Shown here: in pieces, positions 49,001-58,660 of the stretch | How positions within the stretch are numbered: the first letter of the stretch is position 1 | Layout of the letters: every line of letters starts with the position of its first letter | Source of the DNA: an uncultured Candidatus Binatia bacterium | Lineage (GTDB): Bacteria > Desulfobacterota > Binatia > UBA9968 > JAJDTQ01 | Direction of reading: 5' to 3' | DNA: 64,000 nucleotides | Assembly: GCA_965242525.1 (NCBI GenBank) | Contig: OZ251459.1 | Coordinates: forward strand, 3,776,001-3,840,000 | Position numbers and translations under genes: made by a program | The notes under the pieces: generated by a model | Told to the model about the DNA's origin: nothing | Database searches by the model: none | Seen by the model: the letters and a program-made list of their open reading frames with translations, nothing else

Positions 49001-49581
49001 CAGCGAAGGCGGCCGACTACCTGTCCGGTCGAAACGACGCCGGAATCTCGCTGGACGACCGTTGCCTCCGTCTCTGGCTCAGGTTGCGATGGGCGCAGGC
49101 AACCGGCGAGCGCCTGATGTTCGACCATCGCGGCCGTACTCCCGCGGACACGGGTCAGATCACCGAGTTGCTCAAGGTCGTAGGCGACCTCAATGAACAG
49201 GCCGGCGCCGATGCACGCAACCGGGAACGGTTCCTCGAAGCGGTGTTGTGCTGGCTCCTCAAAGATACCAGCCACGCGATCAAGATGTGGCAGTCGTTGT
49301 CGCAGGACACCGATTATGAGGACCCATCACGCGTGAAACGATGGCTCGTGCAGACGGACGCCAGCGGTTCTCCGCGTCGATTCCAGGGACGGGTCGAAGC
49401 GAAAGGCGAGGACAACTGGCGAGTTCGAGTGGAAGGCATCGGGAGGCCGATCCTGTTGCGAGGACAGGATTTCCCGAACGAGGACCTAGCCCATGGCCGG
49501 GAACTGCGGGAGATTGGCATCGCCTTCAGCTACACCGGCCCCATTGCTGATCCGCTCTCACGTCCAATGCGGGGACGATGA
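46087..49581 (+). CDS. Large P-loop NTPase (STAND-like) with degenerate SIR2-like N-terminus, helical region and OB-like C-terminus; putative antiphage sensor
   Basis: LVLFAGQ / VFTSSID / HYLFG / VIAGYD follow the SIR2-like motif order; Walker A GQSGAGKS (47191-47214); Walker B VLVCD; beta-rich C-terminus ending IAFSYTGPIA. Confidence 0.65.
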   Translation: MPNSLTDPMEVFTGVLEDKRPLVLFAGQSLDTASDAILGTLLARLGCAERGAGWRAAIEQGMGASDMEWLSERFDRSVPSDPASRIFDVPWSAVFTSSIDPHFARRFETRGRQPEPVLSKDAYPRVPRSRSRPPIHYLFGKADETVDEARAPGSQGSLTRRLSLHATALVNRIAETATVGGLVVIAGYDPIGDWLPMDSLLAPLYGQAGPKVLWFGRADKPDSDLADEMLVSGSLVVTPETLTSAIAQLELRGVLDVAGSAAPDEPGMVSIAKGAVLDITPALRLRVEASASIVDDTWTEEPESLDGFELYGAFRRFHGALGNFRSLVEGVARGFAVEREFERTLWNTVEKKLDRLRQPDSDDVVVLHGQSGAGKSIALARLTRRIRRERCLPVLAATNRIPHPQDVEAFCQESERLGATTVLVCDSSQPPQRYEDLASALRSRGRRLLIVGTCYRLPDRSRSNRLVEAPAHVSEAEMAAFTELSNRFDLPPDIADTDTNSIFAMLYRRLSVSRHRLAAGVSSEARAAEGMVRERARHAPRPAANLSPIALQLIKLGILSETSPLFEDDERLAASGLDEAGRLIDYVMAAGRLNSAMPVNLLFRVLGHASGLHSDQFSHLLGDLDLFRWRQDEEGSDFLIAPRIQLEADLICRRRLTPEQEIERLIELIRGVRPGVDRGNEKSFLLDLMFKLDRNGPRKDAYGCGYLRFANALKELREQNGIFDADIVLRECALRCHAVVRSQSDPDVDGTDDERLAILDEARDTIETTLRTIDERKLRVSRRTKQSLVTERSTIYGLLAVQRAQSGGGDFWSDYLAARVASETALGLGGNTYPIDIALWTATDVLEWKKGELSDAQRAEVLADLYATIDYADCVFRVKEVLKVNAPNTKAPNGLQEDSGPDEGSVAPNQKDYLKRRTRVAYALGDARMSNETLAALESVAPEAATFLIARRQAEAVYGSAPPFNGETRSIAAKAADYLSGRNDAGISLDDRCLRLWLRLRWAQATGERLMFDHRGRTPADTGQITELLKVVGDLNEQAGADARNRERFLEAVLCWLLKDTSHAIKMWQSLSQDTDYEDPSRVKRWLVQTDASGSPRRFQGRVEAKGEDNWRVRVEGIGRPILLRGQDFPNEDLAHGRELREIGIAFSYTGPIADPLSRPMRGR

Positions 49582-50453
49582 CCCCCATCGAGCTCAGCAA
49601 CCTCTACCAAACGCTTCGCACTCGCGTTTCCATCCACTGCCCGGACGGTTGCGCCGAGATCTCACTGCGGTTGCCATCCGATTTCGACGGTGAGTTGGCG
49701 TTCTATCGTCTGGTCATGTGGGGACATGCCCTCGTCAACGAAGCGGCTAGGGTCCCCCTTGCCTTCCTCGCGAAGTTGCCGCCGCTCAAGGCCAACCGTT
49801 CGTTCCGCGACGAAACGTCCCGATTGCGAACCTACCTGACCCACAACCTGGGTCTCAACAAGGCGCGGGATCAGGGGACTCACGCCTTCGTTCATCGTTG
49901 GTTCAGGGAGGCGTGCGAGTACGGCAGTCCCGAGGGCGCCGCCCATTACGCCGCTTGTTGTGACTGCCTCGCCGGCAGGCTTCGGGAATTGCTCGACGGC
50001 GCGATTGCGGCCTGCGACCTGCTCGATGATCCGGAGGATGGTCCAAGACTCGTTGCCGACCTCAGGGGACGCCTGGAAGTCGATTGGGAAGCGTCTCGTT
50101 TCGATCCGCTGGTCGAGAAGTGCTCGGTCCGATTGGGCGATCCGGGCATCAACCTGAAGGGGCTCCGCGGAATGCATCTCGAAAAGTGGCGCCAAACGCT
50201 TTCTCAAGCCGACGAGAACGAACGCGAGCGCGTCCTCGAACAGCGAATCGAAGCCGATCTTCTGGCGGCCATTGGCGATGCCCTGCCCCGGACCGTCCGG
50301 GAGAAGCTGCAACGGGTCGCCGCAAGCGCCGAGGCGACTGTCGCGGCGCTGCTCCTGTTGCGTGAGGCCCGGCGCCTCGGCGCGATGTCGCTGCCGCAGA
50401 TCATCGATTTCGTCAGTTCCCAAGCCACGGGACTTGACGGATCCGAAGCCTGA
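49578..50453 (+). CDS. Hypothetical helical protein with an RxxxxH (HEPN-like) motif
   Basis: ATGA overlap with the upstream NTPase; RTYLTH at 49827-49844. Confidence 0.6.
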   Translation: MTPIELSNLYQTLRTRVSIHCPDGCAEISLRLPSDFDGELAFYRLVMWGHALVNEAARVPLAFLAKLPPLKANRSFRDETSRLRTYLTHNLGLNKARDQGTHAFVHRWFREACEYGSPEGAAHYAACCDCLAGRLRELLDGAIAACDLLDDPEDGPRLVADLRGRLEVDWEASRFDPLVEKCSVRLGDPGINLKGLRGMHLEKWRQTLSQADENERERVLEQRIEADLLAAIGDALPRTVREKLQRVAASAEATVAALLLLREARRLGAMSLPQIIDFVSSQATGLDGSEA

Positions 50454-50735
50454 GCTTGCCGTCTGCTCGTAATCGAAGTTTTATGAAATAACTCCAACCC
50501 ATTGATTTTACTAACTTTTGTTACCATCAACCGTCCTTTCTCCTCAAAGGGAAAGTGACGCCGCGGGTGCCGTAGGAAGCACATGGGCGCGCCCGGATCC
50601 GTTCAGGGTCAAGGTAGGGGAGAGAGGAAACGCCGTCTTGGGCCATCCTGAGAGACTGGGAGGTGTCTCTGGGGGTCAGGGTTGGCTGCTAGTACTTTGA
50701 CCCCGCGTGCCGCATGGTGGTAAAGTAGGCGGAAC

Positions 50736-51770
50736 ATGCCTCGTTCCGCCATCGTGGCCGACCCCGTGTTCCTGAAGCACGAACCCGGCCCGCACCATCC
50801 CGAGAACCCGCAACGTCTCAGGACCCTGCTGGACCTCGCCCACGAGGTGGCGGAGGGGAGCGCGGACTTCGAGTTGCTGCCGCTGCGCGCCGCGGTGCAG
50901 GAAGAACTGGAGTTGTGCCATGGCGCGGGCTACATCGACCTGGTGCGCTCCACCTCGGAGCACAACCGGTTCGCGCTGGACGGGGACACCGTCACCTGCC
51001 GGGACTCGTTCGGCGTGGCGCTCATGGCGGTGGGAGGGTTCCTGCAGATGCTCGACGCCCTGGCCGCGGGCGATTACCGCAACGGCTTCACCCTGGTCCG
51101 GCCTCCCGGCCACCACGCGCTGCGGGACCGGGGCATGGGGTTCTGCCTGTTCAACACCGCGGCCATCGGCGCCCGGTACTTGCAGAAGGTCCACGGCGCC
51201 CGGCGGGTGGCGGTGGTGGACTGGGACGTGCACCACGGCAACGGCTCCCAGGACGCCTTCTACGACGATCCCTCGGCGCTGTTCCTGTCCACGCACCAAT
51301 ACCCTTACTACCCCGGCACCGGAGCGGTGGACGAAGCGGGCCGCGGCAAGGGGGAAGGTTACACCGTGAACGTGCCCCTTCCCGCGGGGTGCGGCGACGA
51401 CGAGTACTTGGCGGTGTTCCGGGAGGTGGTGGTCCCGGTGGTCGAAGGCTACGGCCCCGACTGGCTGCTGGTGTCCGCGGGCTTCGATTCCCACCGGGCC
51501 GACCCCCTCGGGGCCATGAACGTCACCGAGCAGGGCTTCGGCGTCATGGCCGACGCGCTCCTGGAGCTTGCCCGGAAGCACGCAGGCGGCAGGGTCGCGT
51601 TCCTGCTGGAGGGCGGCTACGACCTTTCGGCCCTCCGCAACTCCGTGGCCGCGGTGCTGGAACGCATGAAGTCGGACGGGACCTCCGCCGCGGACGTCCG
51701 GGACGCCGACGGAGGACGCATCGACGCGCGCATCCGGGAGGTGCTCCGGGTCCGGGAAAGGTACGGGTAG
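50736..51770 (+). CDS. Histone deacetylase-family (class II-like) amidohydrolase
   Basis: [40 protein letters not shown]. Confidence 0.94.
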   Translation: MPRSAIVADPVFLKHEPGPHHPENPQRLRTLLDLAHEVAEGSADFELLPLRAAVQEELELCHGAGYIDLVRSTSEHNRFALDGDTVTCRDSFGVALMAVGGFLQMLDALAAGDYRNGFTLVRPPGHHALRDRGMGFCLFNTAAIGARYLQKVHGARRVAVVDWDVHHGNGSQDAFYDDPSALFLSTHQYPYYPGTGAVDEAGRGKGEGYTVNVPLPAGCGDDEYLAVFREVVVPVVEGYGPDWLLVSAGFDSHRADPLGAMNVTEQGFGVMADALLELARKHAGGRVAFLLEGGYDLSALRNSVAAVLERMKSDGTSAADVRDADGGRIDARIREVLRVRERYG

Positions 51771-51822
51771 GGGCTACGGGCAGGGCGCGCCCCGGAGGCG
51801 GCGCGGCCCCGAGATACACGAC

Positions 51823-53076
51823 ATGGGAAACCGCAACGGACGCAGAGTGGTCGTTACCGGCATGGGGATGTTGACTCCCCTGGGTATCGGGGTGGAAGCC
51901 AACTGGGAAGCCATACGGGCGGGACGCTCGGGCATCGGCCCCATCACCCGGTTCGACGGCGTCGAGTCGTTCTCGAGCCGGATCGCCGGCGAGATCGACG
52001 GCTTCGAACCCCAGGACTTCATCGATGCGAGAGAAGTCAAGAAGATGGACCTGTTCATGCAGTACGCCATGGCCGCGGCCCAACTGGCGGTGGAGGACGG
52101 CGGCTTCTCGGTCAGCGACGACGAGGCGTTTCGCGCCGGGGCCATCGTGGGCGTGGGGTTCTGCGGCATCTCTACCATCGAGCACTACTACGAGGTCTAT
52201 CTGAAGCAGGGTCCGCGCAAGATATCCCCCTTCTTCATCCCCAAGGTCATCTCGAACCTGGCGCCGGGCCAGATCGCCATCCGTTACGGCCTGAAGGGGG
52301 TCAACTGGACGCCCACCTCCGCGTGCGCGTCGGGCAACAACGCCCTGGGAGAGGCGTTCCGGCTGATCCGGGAAGGACTGCAGGACGCGGTCATCGCCGG
52401 CGGCGCCGAGGCCGCCACCACCCCCCTGGGAGTGGGAGGGTTCAGCGCCATGAAGGCCCTGTCCACGCGCAACGACGAACCGGAACGGGCCAGCCGCCCC
52501 TTCGACAAGGACCGGGACGGCTTCGTCATCGCGGAAGGCGCGGGCATCCTGGTGCTGGAAGAGCGGGAACGCGCCGTGCGCCGGGGCGCCCGGATCTACG
52601 CGGAGATGGTCGGCTACGGCACCAACGGGGACGCCTACCACATCACCTCCCCCTCGCCGGAGGGCGAAGGGGCCGCCCGCTGCATGGCGCTGACCCTGGA
52701 AGACGCGGGCGTCGACCCGGCCGACGTGGACTACGTCAACGCCCACGGCACCTCCACGCCCTACAACGACGCCAACGAGACCGCGGCCATCAAGCAGGTA
52801 TTCGGCGACCATGCCCGGGACCTGCCGGTGAGCTCCACCAAGTCCATGACCGGCCATCTCCTGGGCGCGGCCGGGGCGGTGGAGGCCATCTACAGCGTGC
52901 TCGCGCTGCACCACGGAGTGCTGCCGCCCACCATCAACTACCACACGCCCGACCCGGAATGCGACCTCGACTACGTACCCAACGAGCCCCGCGACGCGGC
53001 CATCCGGGTGGCCCTTTCCAACTCCTTCGGATTCGGCGGCACCAACGCGTGCATCCTGCTCAGGAAGGCATCATGA
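51823..53076 (+). CDS. fabF: 3-oxoacyl-ACP synthase II
   Basis: [46 protein letters not shown]. Confidence 0.96.
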   Translation: MGNRNGRRVVVTGMGMLTPLGIGVEANWEAIRAGRSGIGPITRFDGVESFSSRIAGEIDGFEPQDFIDAREVKKMDLFMQYAMAAAQLAVEDGGFSVSDDEAFRAGAIVGVGFCGISTIEHYYEVYLKQGPRKISPFFIPKVISNLAPGQIAIRYGLKGVNWTPTSACASGNNALGEAFRLIREGLQDAVIAGGAEAATTPLGVGGFSAMKALSTRNDEPERASRPFDKDRDGFVIAEGAGILVLEERERAVRRGARIYAEMVGYGTNGDAYHITSPSPEGEGAARCMALTLEDAGVDPADVDYVNAHGTSTPYNDANETAAIKQVFGDHARDLPVSSTKSMTGHLLGAAGAVEAIYSVLALHHGVLPPTINYHTPDPECDLDYVPNEPRDAAIRVALSNSFGFGGTNACILLRKAS

Positions 53077-54068
53077 CACCAACAGCACCGCGAAGCGTCA
53101 TACTGGGCACGGGCTCCGCCGTTCCCTCCACGGTGGTCACCAACGACGACATCGCCAGGATCGTCGATACCAGCGACGAGTGGATCACCACCCGCACGGG
53201 CATCAAGGAACGGCGGGTGCTGGAGCAGGACCAGGCCGGCTCGGACCTTGCGCAGCGCGCTTCGGAGTTGGCGCTGGAAGACGCCGGCCTCCGGGCCGAC
53301 GAACTCGAAGCCATCATCGTCGGCACCTGCACGCCGGACTACATGTTCCCCAGCCTGGCCTGCGTCCTCGAAGCCAAGCTGGGGGCCAGGGAGGTGTTCT
53401 CGTTCGACGTGAACGCCGCCTGCTCGGGGTTCCTGAACGCGCTTTCGGTGGGCGACATGTTCATCCGGTCCGGGCGGGTGCGCAACACGCTGGTGGTGGG
53501 CAGCGACGTGCTGAGCCGCTTCCTGGACTGGCAGGACCGCAGCACCTGCATCCTCTTCGGCGACGCGGCCGGGGCCGCGGTGCTGGGCGCCGCGGACGAC
53601 GGGGACCGGGGCATCCTCAGCACCCGGCTGCAGACCGACGGCTCCTACGCCGAGACCCTCTACATACGGGCCGGGGGCGCCAAGCGGCCGGCCACCGCGG
53701 AGACCGTGGAGAACCGCGAGCATTCCATCTACATGAACGGCAAGGAGGTCTTCAAGGTGGCGGTCCGGTCCATGGAGGAGATCAGCCGCCGGGTCCTCGA
53801 CGAAGCCCGGCTGTGCGTGGACGACGTGTCCCTGGTGGTCCCCCACCAGGCCAACCGGAGGATCATCGCCGCCCTGGCCTCCCGGCTCGGCATCCCCATG
53901 GAGAAGGTCATCGTCAACGTGCACCGGTACGGCAACACCTCCGCGGCGTCCGTGCCCGTGGCCCTGGACGAGGTCCGCCGGGAGGGCCGCATCGCTCCCG
54001 GCGACGTGGTCCTCCTCAACGCCTTCGGCGCCGGCTTCGCCTGGGGCGCTTCCGTCATCCGGTTCTGA
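53073..54068 (+). CDS. fabH: 3-oxoacyl-ACP synthase III
   Basis: [37 protein letters not shown]; ATGA overlap with fabF. Confidence 0.95.
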   Translation: MTPTAPRSVILGTGSAVPSTVVTNDDIARIVDTSDEWITTRTGIKERRVLEQDQAGSDLAQRASELALEDAGLRADELEAIIVGTCTPDYMFPSLACVLEAKLGAREVFSFDVNAACSGFLNALSVGDMFIRSGRVRNTLVVGSDVLSRFLDWQDRSTCILFGDAAGAAVLGAADDGDRGILSTRLQTDGSYAETLYIRAGGAKRPATAETVENREHSIYMNGKEVFKVAVRSMEEISRRVLDEARLCVDDVSLVVPHQANRRIIAALASRLGIPMEKVIVNVHRYGNTSAASVPVALDEVRREGRIAPGDVVLLNAFGAGFAWGASVIRF

Positions 54069-54101
54069 CCCCGCGCCCCTGCCGGAACCCGCGTCCCTCC
54101 C

Positions 54102-54968
54102 GTGATCCCGGCCGAAGCCTTCGCGCTCGCCTGCGGGCTCTTCACCGCCGTCAACCTGACCCTGCTCAAGAAGGGGATGGCCCACGGCAACCCCGTCACC
54201 GCCATCGTCGTCTCCCTGGCCATCAACGTGGTGACCTTCTGGAGCTTCGTCTTCGTGGCGCTCCCCGTGGACGAGATCCTGCGCCCCGAACTGTTGCTCT
54301 TCGTGCTGGTGGGCCTCATCCAGCCCGGCGGCACCCGTTTCCTCGCCTACGTCAGCGTCGAGAAGGTGGGCGTGGCGGTCACTGCGCCGCTGCGGGCCAC
54401 CACTCCGCTGTTCTCTTCCCTGCTGGCCATCGCGGTCCTGGGCGAGCAGCTCACTCCCTCGGTGGCCGCGGGCACGGCCCTGGTGGTATGCGGCGTCGCC
54501 CTGCTCAGCATGAGGGAGGAGAAGACCGGCGCATGGCGCAACGTCTTCGTCGCCCTGCCGTTGCTGAGCGCGTTCGTGGCCGGCTCCACCCAGGTCATCC
54601 GCAAGATCGGCCTGGCCCGGATCGCCCTGCCCATCCTGGGCGCCGCGGTGACCACCGGAACGTCCTTCGTCGCGGTGGCGCTGTCCCTGCTGGTCTCGCG
54701 GAAATGGTCCATGGTCCGGTTCGACCGCGCCTCCCTGGGCTATTTCGTCCTGGCCGGCTGCGCGGTGACCCTGGGCGTCGCCAGCGTCTATATGTCCCTG
54801 TACCTGTCGGACGTGGTCATCGTGGCGCCGCTGGCGAGCCTCAGCCCGCTCTACAGCCTGGCCCTCTCCGCATTGTTCCTGCGCGAGGTCGAGGTCATCA
54901 CCGTCCGCCGCGTGGCCGCGGCCGCCCTCATCGTCCTGGGAGTCGTGCTCATCACCGCGCTGCGGTGA
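54102..54968 (+). CDS. EamA/DMT family transporter
   Basis: Two repeats of about 5 TM helices; LGEQLT / FLREVE. Confidence 0.88.
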   Translation: MIPAEAFALACGLFTAVNLTLLKKGMAHGNPVTAIVVSLAINVVTFWSFVFVALPVDEILRPELLLFVLVGLIQPGGTRFLAYVSVEKVGVAVTAPLRATTPLFSSLLAIAVLGEQLTPSVAAGTALVVCGVALLSMREEKTGAWRNVFVALPLLSAFVAGSTQVIRKIGLARIALPILGAAVTTGTSFVAVALSLLVSRKWSMVRFDRASLGYFVLAGCAVTLGVASVYMSLYLSDVVIVAPLASLSPLYSLALSALFLREVEVITVRRVAAAALIVLGVVLITALR

Positions 54969-54972
54969 ACCG

Positions 54973-55080
54973 GGAACTCCGAACGACCATCCCCTTTCAT
55001 CCTGAGCGTAGCGGCCAACTCCCCCGTTCGTCCTGAGCGTAGCGAAGCGAAGTCGAAGGACGCGCTTTCCCACAGGGAGA
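54973..55080 (+). repeat. MITE copy with partial core duplication (full core at 55022-55064)
   Basis: Sequence match. Confidence 0.85.
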
Positions 55081-55172
55081 GGTTGGGAAGTGGCCGCGGA
55101 TCCGGCAGGAGGGGGCCGCGGGTGTTGAAAATCCGCGCCCGCCGGGTCACATTCCGCTACCGGGAGGTGGCC

Positions 55173-55805
55173 ATGAGACAGGTACTGAGCGAGCACGTGC
55201 CCTACAACAGCGGTTGGGTCAGGGACCTCGGGAAGGGGCAGGTCATCCGCATCATCGGGACCACCACCGTGGACTTCCTGGTGCTGGACCGGCACAACCT
55301 GCGGGAGAGGTTCGACCAGGCCCGCACCAAGGTCTATAACGGCAAGATCTTCCTGAGCACCGGCGACAAGCTCATGTCCCGGGACAACCGGCACTTCATG
55401 ACCATACTGGCGGACACCTTCGAGGAAGGGACCCACGACCTGCAGAAGGGCATGTGCAGCGGCCGCCGCTTCCGGCTCGCCAAAGAGGAGGGCCGGCTGC
55501 GGGAGTACTACCACCGGGACTACGACGACGGCGAGATCCCGGACCACGGCTGCTGGGAGAACCTGTCCGGGGTGCTCGCGCCTTACGGCATCGCCCCGGA
55601 GGACGTCCCGAGCCCGTTCAACATCTTCCAGCACATGATCATCGACGGCAGGACCGGGCTCATGCAGCACACGAGCATCCGGCCGAAGACCCCGGCCCAC
55701 GTGGACCTGCGCGCGGAGAGGGACCTGCTGGCGGCCTTCAGCGCGTGCCCGGACATGCCCGTGGGGGGCAAGCCGGTGGACGTGGAGATCTTCGAAGAGG
55801 ATTGA
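55173..55805 (+). CDS. Urea carboxylase-associated family protein (DUF1989)
   Basis: GQVIRI...VDF, ERFDQART, HDL...C, HGCWENL, PFNIF, AFSACP. Confidence 0.85.
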   Translation: MRQVLSEHVPYNSGWVRDLGKGQVIRIIGTTTVDFLVLDRHNLRERFDQARTKVYNGKIFLSTGDKLMSRDNRHFMTILADTFEEGTHDLQKGMCSGRRFRLAKEEGRLREYYHRDYDDGEIPDHGCWENLSGVLAPYGIAPEDVPSPFNIFQHMIIDGRTGLMQHTSIRPKTPAHVDLRAERDLLAAFSACPDMPVGGKPVDVEIFEED

Positions 55806-55823
55806 GGCGGCGGGGTACGGGAC

Positions 55824-56492
55824 CTACTCGAACCCCATGCGGCGGCCCCAGTTGGCGGGGTCCTTGAGGAAATCGACGATATGGTCCCTGCTCTCGTCCG
55901 AGAAGAATCGGGTCTCCGCGCCCGCGCTCAGCACGTCGTCCCAGTTGGACAAGGTGTGGAGGCCGATCTCGTGGTCGGCGAGGTTCTTCTTCCCCTCGTG
56001 CAGGTCCAGCTCGTCGGAGCTGTACTCGAAGACGCAGAGGCAATGGGTGATCCGCGCCTTCTGCGCGCGGACGCCGATGTTGAACCGGAGCTTGCTGAAC
56101 CCGTCGGTCACCAGGTCTTCCACCAGAGTGACCCGCTGGCCCTCGCCCAGGACCCCTTCGATCTGGTTGGTCTGCCCGTAGCCCTTGGGGTTCTTGCGGA
56201 TGTAGATCATGGGCTTGCGCAGGTAGTGGGACACGAAGGCGGCGTACGGGATGCCCGCGGTCTCCCCGCCGGCCACCACGTCCATGTTGTCGAGGCCGAT
56301 GTCACGGCGCGCGATCTGGGCCAACGCCTCCAGAATCTCGTCCCGCGCCTCCGGGAAGGACAGCAGCCGCCGGCAGTCGATATAGACCGGCGACACCCTG
56401 CCCGAGACGAACACGAACGGCCGATCCCGATATACCTGGATGGATTGCGTGCTCAGCAGTAGCTGGGCGATTCTCTTTCCGGTCTCGGACAT
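55824..56492 (-). CDS. pyrE: Orotate phosphoribosyltransferase
   Basis: SGRVSPVYIDCR, AGGETAGIP, YIRKNPKGYG, LVEDLVTDG. Confidence 0.92.
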   Translation of the reverse strand: MSETGKRIAQLLLSTQSIQVYRDRPFVFVSGRVSPVYIDCRRLLSFPEARDEILEALAQIARRDIGLDNMDVVAGGETAGIPYAAFVSHYLRKPMIYIRKNPKGYGQTNQIEGVLGEGQRVTLVEDLVTDGFSKLRFNIGVRAQKARITHCLCVFEYSSDELDLHEGKKNLADHEIGLHTLSNWDDVLSAGAETRFFSDESRDHIVDFLKDPANWGRRMGFE

Positions 56493-56552
56493 GGTTCCGT
56501 GGATAGCGGTCAGCAGTAATGTCTGAAAAGTGCCGGCTTCCCTGTGGAAAGG

Positions 56553-56613
56553 GCGTCCTTCGACTTCGCTTCGCTACGCTCAGGACGAACGGAGGAGGTT
56601 GTTCGGGGTTTCC
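56553..56613 (-). repeat. MITE core repeat with a TIR-like end
   Basis: Reverse-complement match; GTTGTTCGGGGTTTCC end. Confidence 0.85.
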
Positions 56614-56729
56614 GTCTGCCCCAACTGCCGGTGGGCTTATAGCACGGCCCTTGTCCCGTTGCCAACCGTTGTTTCCGGCCGCTTTCCTTTGTTACCATGC
56701 AGGGCGCTTCGGACCTTTCGAGTGGATGG

Positions 56730-57989
56730 ATGGAAGTCCCCGGGATCAACGAGGAGAGGCTCCTCCGGGACCTCAACGCGGTGTCGCGCATCGGGTTGGG
56801 CGAGGGCGGCTCGGTCACGCGGCTGGCGTTCTCGGCCCATGAGATGCGAGCCCGGCAACTGCTGGTCCACCTGATGCGCCGGGCCGGCCTCCATGTCCGC
56901 GTGGACGCGGTGGGCAACGTCTTCGGGCGCCTGCCCGGGACCCGGGAAGGACCCGCGGTGCTGGCCGGGTCGCACCTCGATTCCGTGGTCCGGGGGGGGA
57001 GGTTCGACGGCCCGGTGGGGGTCATCGGCGCCCTCGAAGCGGTCAGGACCCTCAAGGAAAACGACGTGCGGCTGCCCGCGCCGCTGGAGAGCGTCTGTTT
57101 CGTGGGGGAGGAATCCAGCCGTTTCGGGTTCGCCACCCTGGGCAGCAGCCTGGTGGCGGGCGAGGTCGCCATGGACGACTTCGCCAACGCGGTGGACGCC
57201 AACGGCGCCCGCCTGGAAGACGTGCTTGCGGGTCTGGGCGTCCACCGGGAGAATCTGGACTCCCTGAAACGCGACCCCGGGACCGTCAAGGCATACTTCG
57301 AGCTCCACGTCGAGCAGGGTCCCGTCCTCGAGTCCCGGCGGAAGAAGGTCGGGGTGGTCACCGCCATCGCCGCGCCGCGCCGGTTCCGGGTGGTCTTCCA
57401 CGGCCATACGGACCACAGCGGCGCCACTCCCATGGAGATGCGCAAGGACGCCCTGGTGGCCGCGGCGCGCCTCATCACCTGCGTGGACGAGGTGTGCCGG
57501 GAACACGCGGCCAGGGACCGGGGCGGGGTGGTGGGCACCGTGGGCGCGGTCGAGGTGGAGCCGGGGGTCATCAACGCCATACCCGGAAGGGTGGAGCTCC
57601 TGGTGGACGTGCGCAGCGTGGTCGCCGCGTCCAAGCGGAAGGCGGCAAGGCGGATCGAGGGCCAGGCGCGGCGTATCGCCCGGGAGCGGGGCATGGAGGT
57701 CGAGATACGGACCATCCGGGACGAGGACCCGGTGGCGCTGCACCCGCGGTCGATCGCGCTCGTCCGCTCCGCCTGCGAGGAAAGAGGCGTCCCCTTCGAG
57801 GTCATGCCCTCGGGCGCGGGCCACGACGCCATGCAGATGGCCAAGGTCACGCCCACCGGCATGATCTTCATCCCCAGCGTGGACGGGGTGAGCCACAACC
57901 CCGCGGAATGGACCGACCCGGAGGACGTCTGCCTGGGGACCCAGCTCCTGGCGGACACCCTCGCGCGAGCCGCTCATGCCACGATCTGA
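56730..57989 (+). CDS. M20 Zn amidohydrolase, hydantoinase/carbamoylase family (N-carbamoyl-amino-acid / allantoate amidohydrolase-like)
   Basis: GSHLDSV, GGRFDG, EESSRF, ELHVEQGPVLE, SGAGHDA, SHNPAE. Confidence 0.92.
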   Translation: MEVPGINEERLLRDLNAVSRIGLGEGGSVTRLAFSAHEMRARQLLVHLMRRAGLHVRVDAVGNVFGRLPGTREGPAVLAGSHLDSVVRGGRFDGPVGVIGALEAVRTLKENDVRLPAPLESVCFVGEESSRFGFATLGSSLVAGEVAMDDFANAVDANGARLEDVLAGLGVHRENLDSLKRDPGTVKAYFELHVEQGPVLESRRKKVGVVTAIAAPRRFRVVFHGHTDHSGATPMEMRKDALVAAARLITCVDEVCREHAARDRGGVVGTVGAVEVEPGVINAIPGRVELLVDVRSVVAASKRKAARRIEGQARRIARERGMEVEIRTIRDEDPVALHPRSIALVRSACEERGVPFEVMPSGAGHDAMQMAKVTPTGMIFIPSVDGVSHNPAEWTDPEDVCLGTQLLADTLARAAHATI

Positions 57990-58542
57990 ACCGAAGAAGA
58001 ACAAGCCGACGAGGAAACCGACGAAGAGGACCCTCGGCGGGGCCGGCGTCAAGAGGCTCCTCGCGGGCCTTGCCGCGCGCATATGGGAGGATCTCGGGGA
58101 CGCCCGCTCCCTGGCCTTCGTCGGCGTGCGGACCCGGGGCCCGGTCCTGGCCCGGCGGGTGGCCGGCGTCCTGGAGGAAAAACACGGCCTGGCGGTTCCC
58201 GTGGGGGACCTCGACGTCGCCCTGTACCGCGACGACCTGGACGCGCTGCTGCCCAAGGGACGCATCGACGCCACGAGGGTCCCTTTCGACGTCGCCGACA
58301 AGACCCTGGTCCTGTTCGACGACGTGCTCCATACCGGGCGCACCGTCCGCGCCGCCCTGGACCACCTCATGGCCTTGGGGCGGCCCAGGGCCGTCTTCCT
58401 CGCCGTCCTCGTGGACCGCGGCGGACGGGAGCTTCCCGTCGAGGCGCGCTTCGTCGGAAAGAAGGTCGAGTTGCCCGAGGGAGGAGACGTGCGGGTGAGG
58501 CTGGCGGAGACCGACCGGGTGGACGAAGTGGTGGTGTCCTGA
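57976..58542 (+). CDS. pyrR: PyrR-like bifunctional regulator / uracil phosphoribosyltransferase
   Basis: GVRTRG, LDVALYRDD, DDVLHTGRTVRAA, LVDRGGRELP. Confidence 0.85.
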   Translation: MPRSEPKKNKPTRKPTKRTLGGAGVKRLLAGLAARIWEDLGDARSLAFVGVRTRGPVLARRVAGVLEEKHGLAVPVGDLDVALYRDDLDALLPKGRIDATRVPFDVADKTLVLFDDVLHTGRTVRAALDHLMALGRPRAVFLAVLVDRGGRELPVEARFVGKKVELPEGGDVRVRLAETDRVDEVVVS

Positions 58543-58660
58543 CGGCCCCGGCAACCCGGCCGTACCCCTTGGCCGTTACCGCTTGACATTATGGCCGCAA
58601 TAGTCGTAGAAGGCACGGTTTGATCGTTCTCGGCCCTCTTTCCCGCGCCCATCGGAGCCC

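Noticed and set aside
50560-50700. Possible 6S or other ncRNA, or a tRNA integration site, at the island 2 boundary
   Set aside because: No cloverleaf or long 6S-like duplex with a central bubble could be discerned
58583-58612. TTGACA upstream of the ABC operon and a possible PyrR attenuator
   Set aside because: The -10 box is weak, and no PyrR-binding loop consensus or terminator was visible
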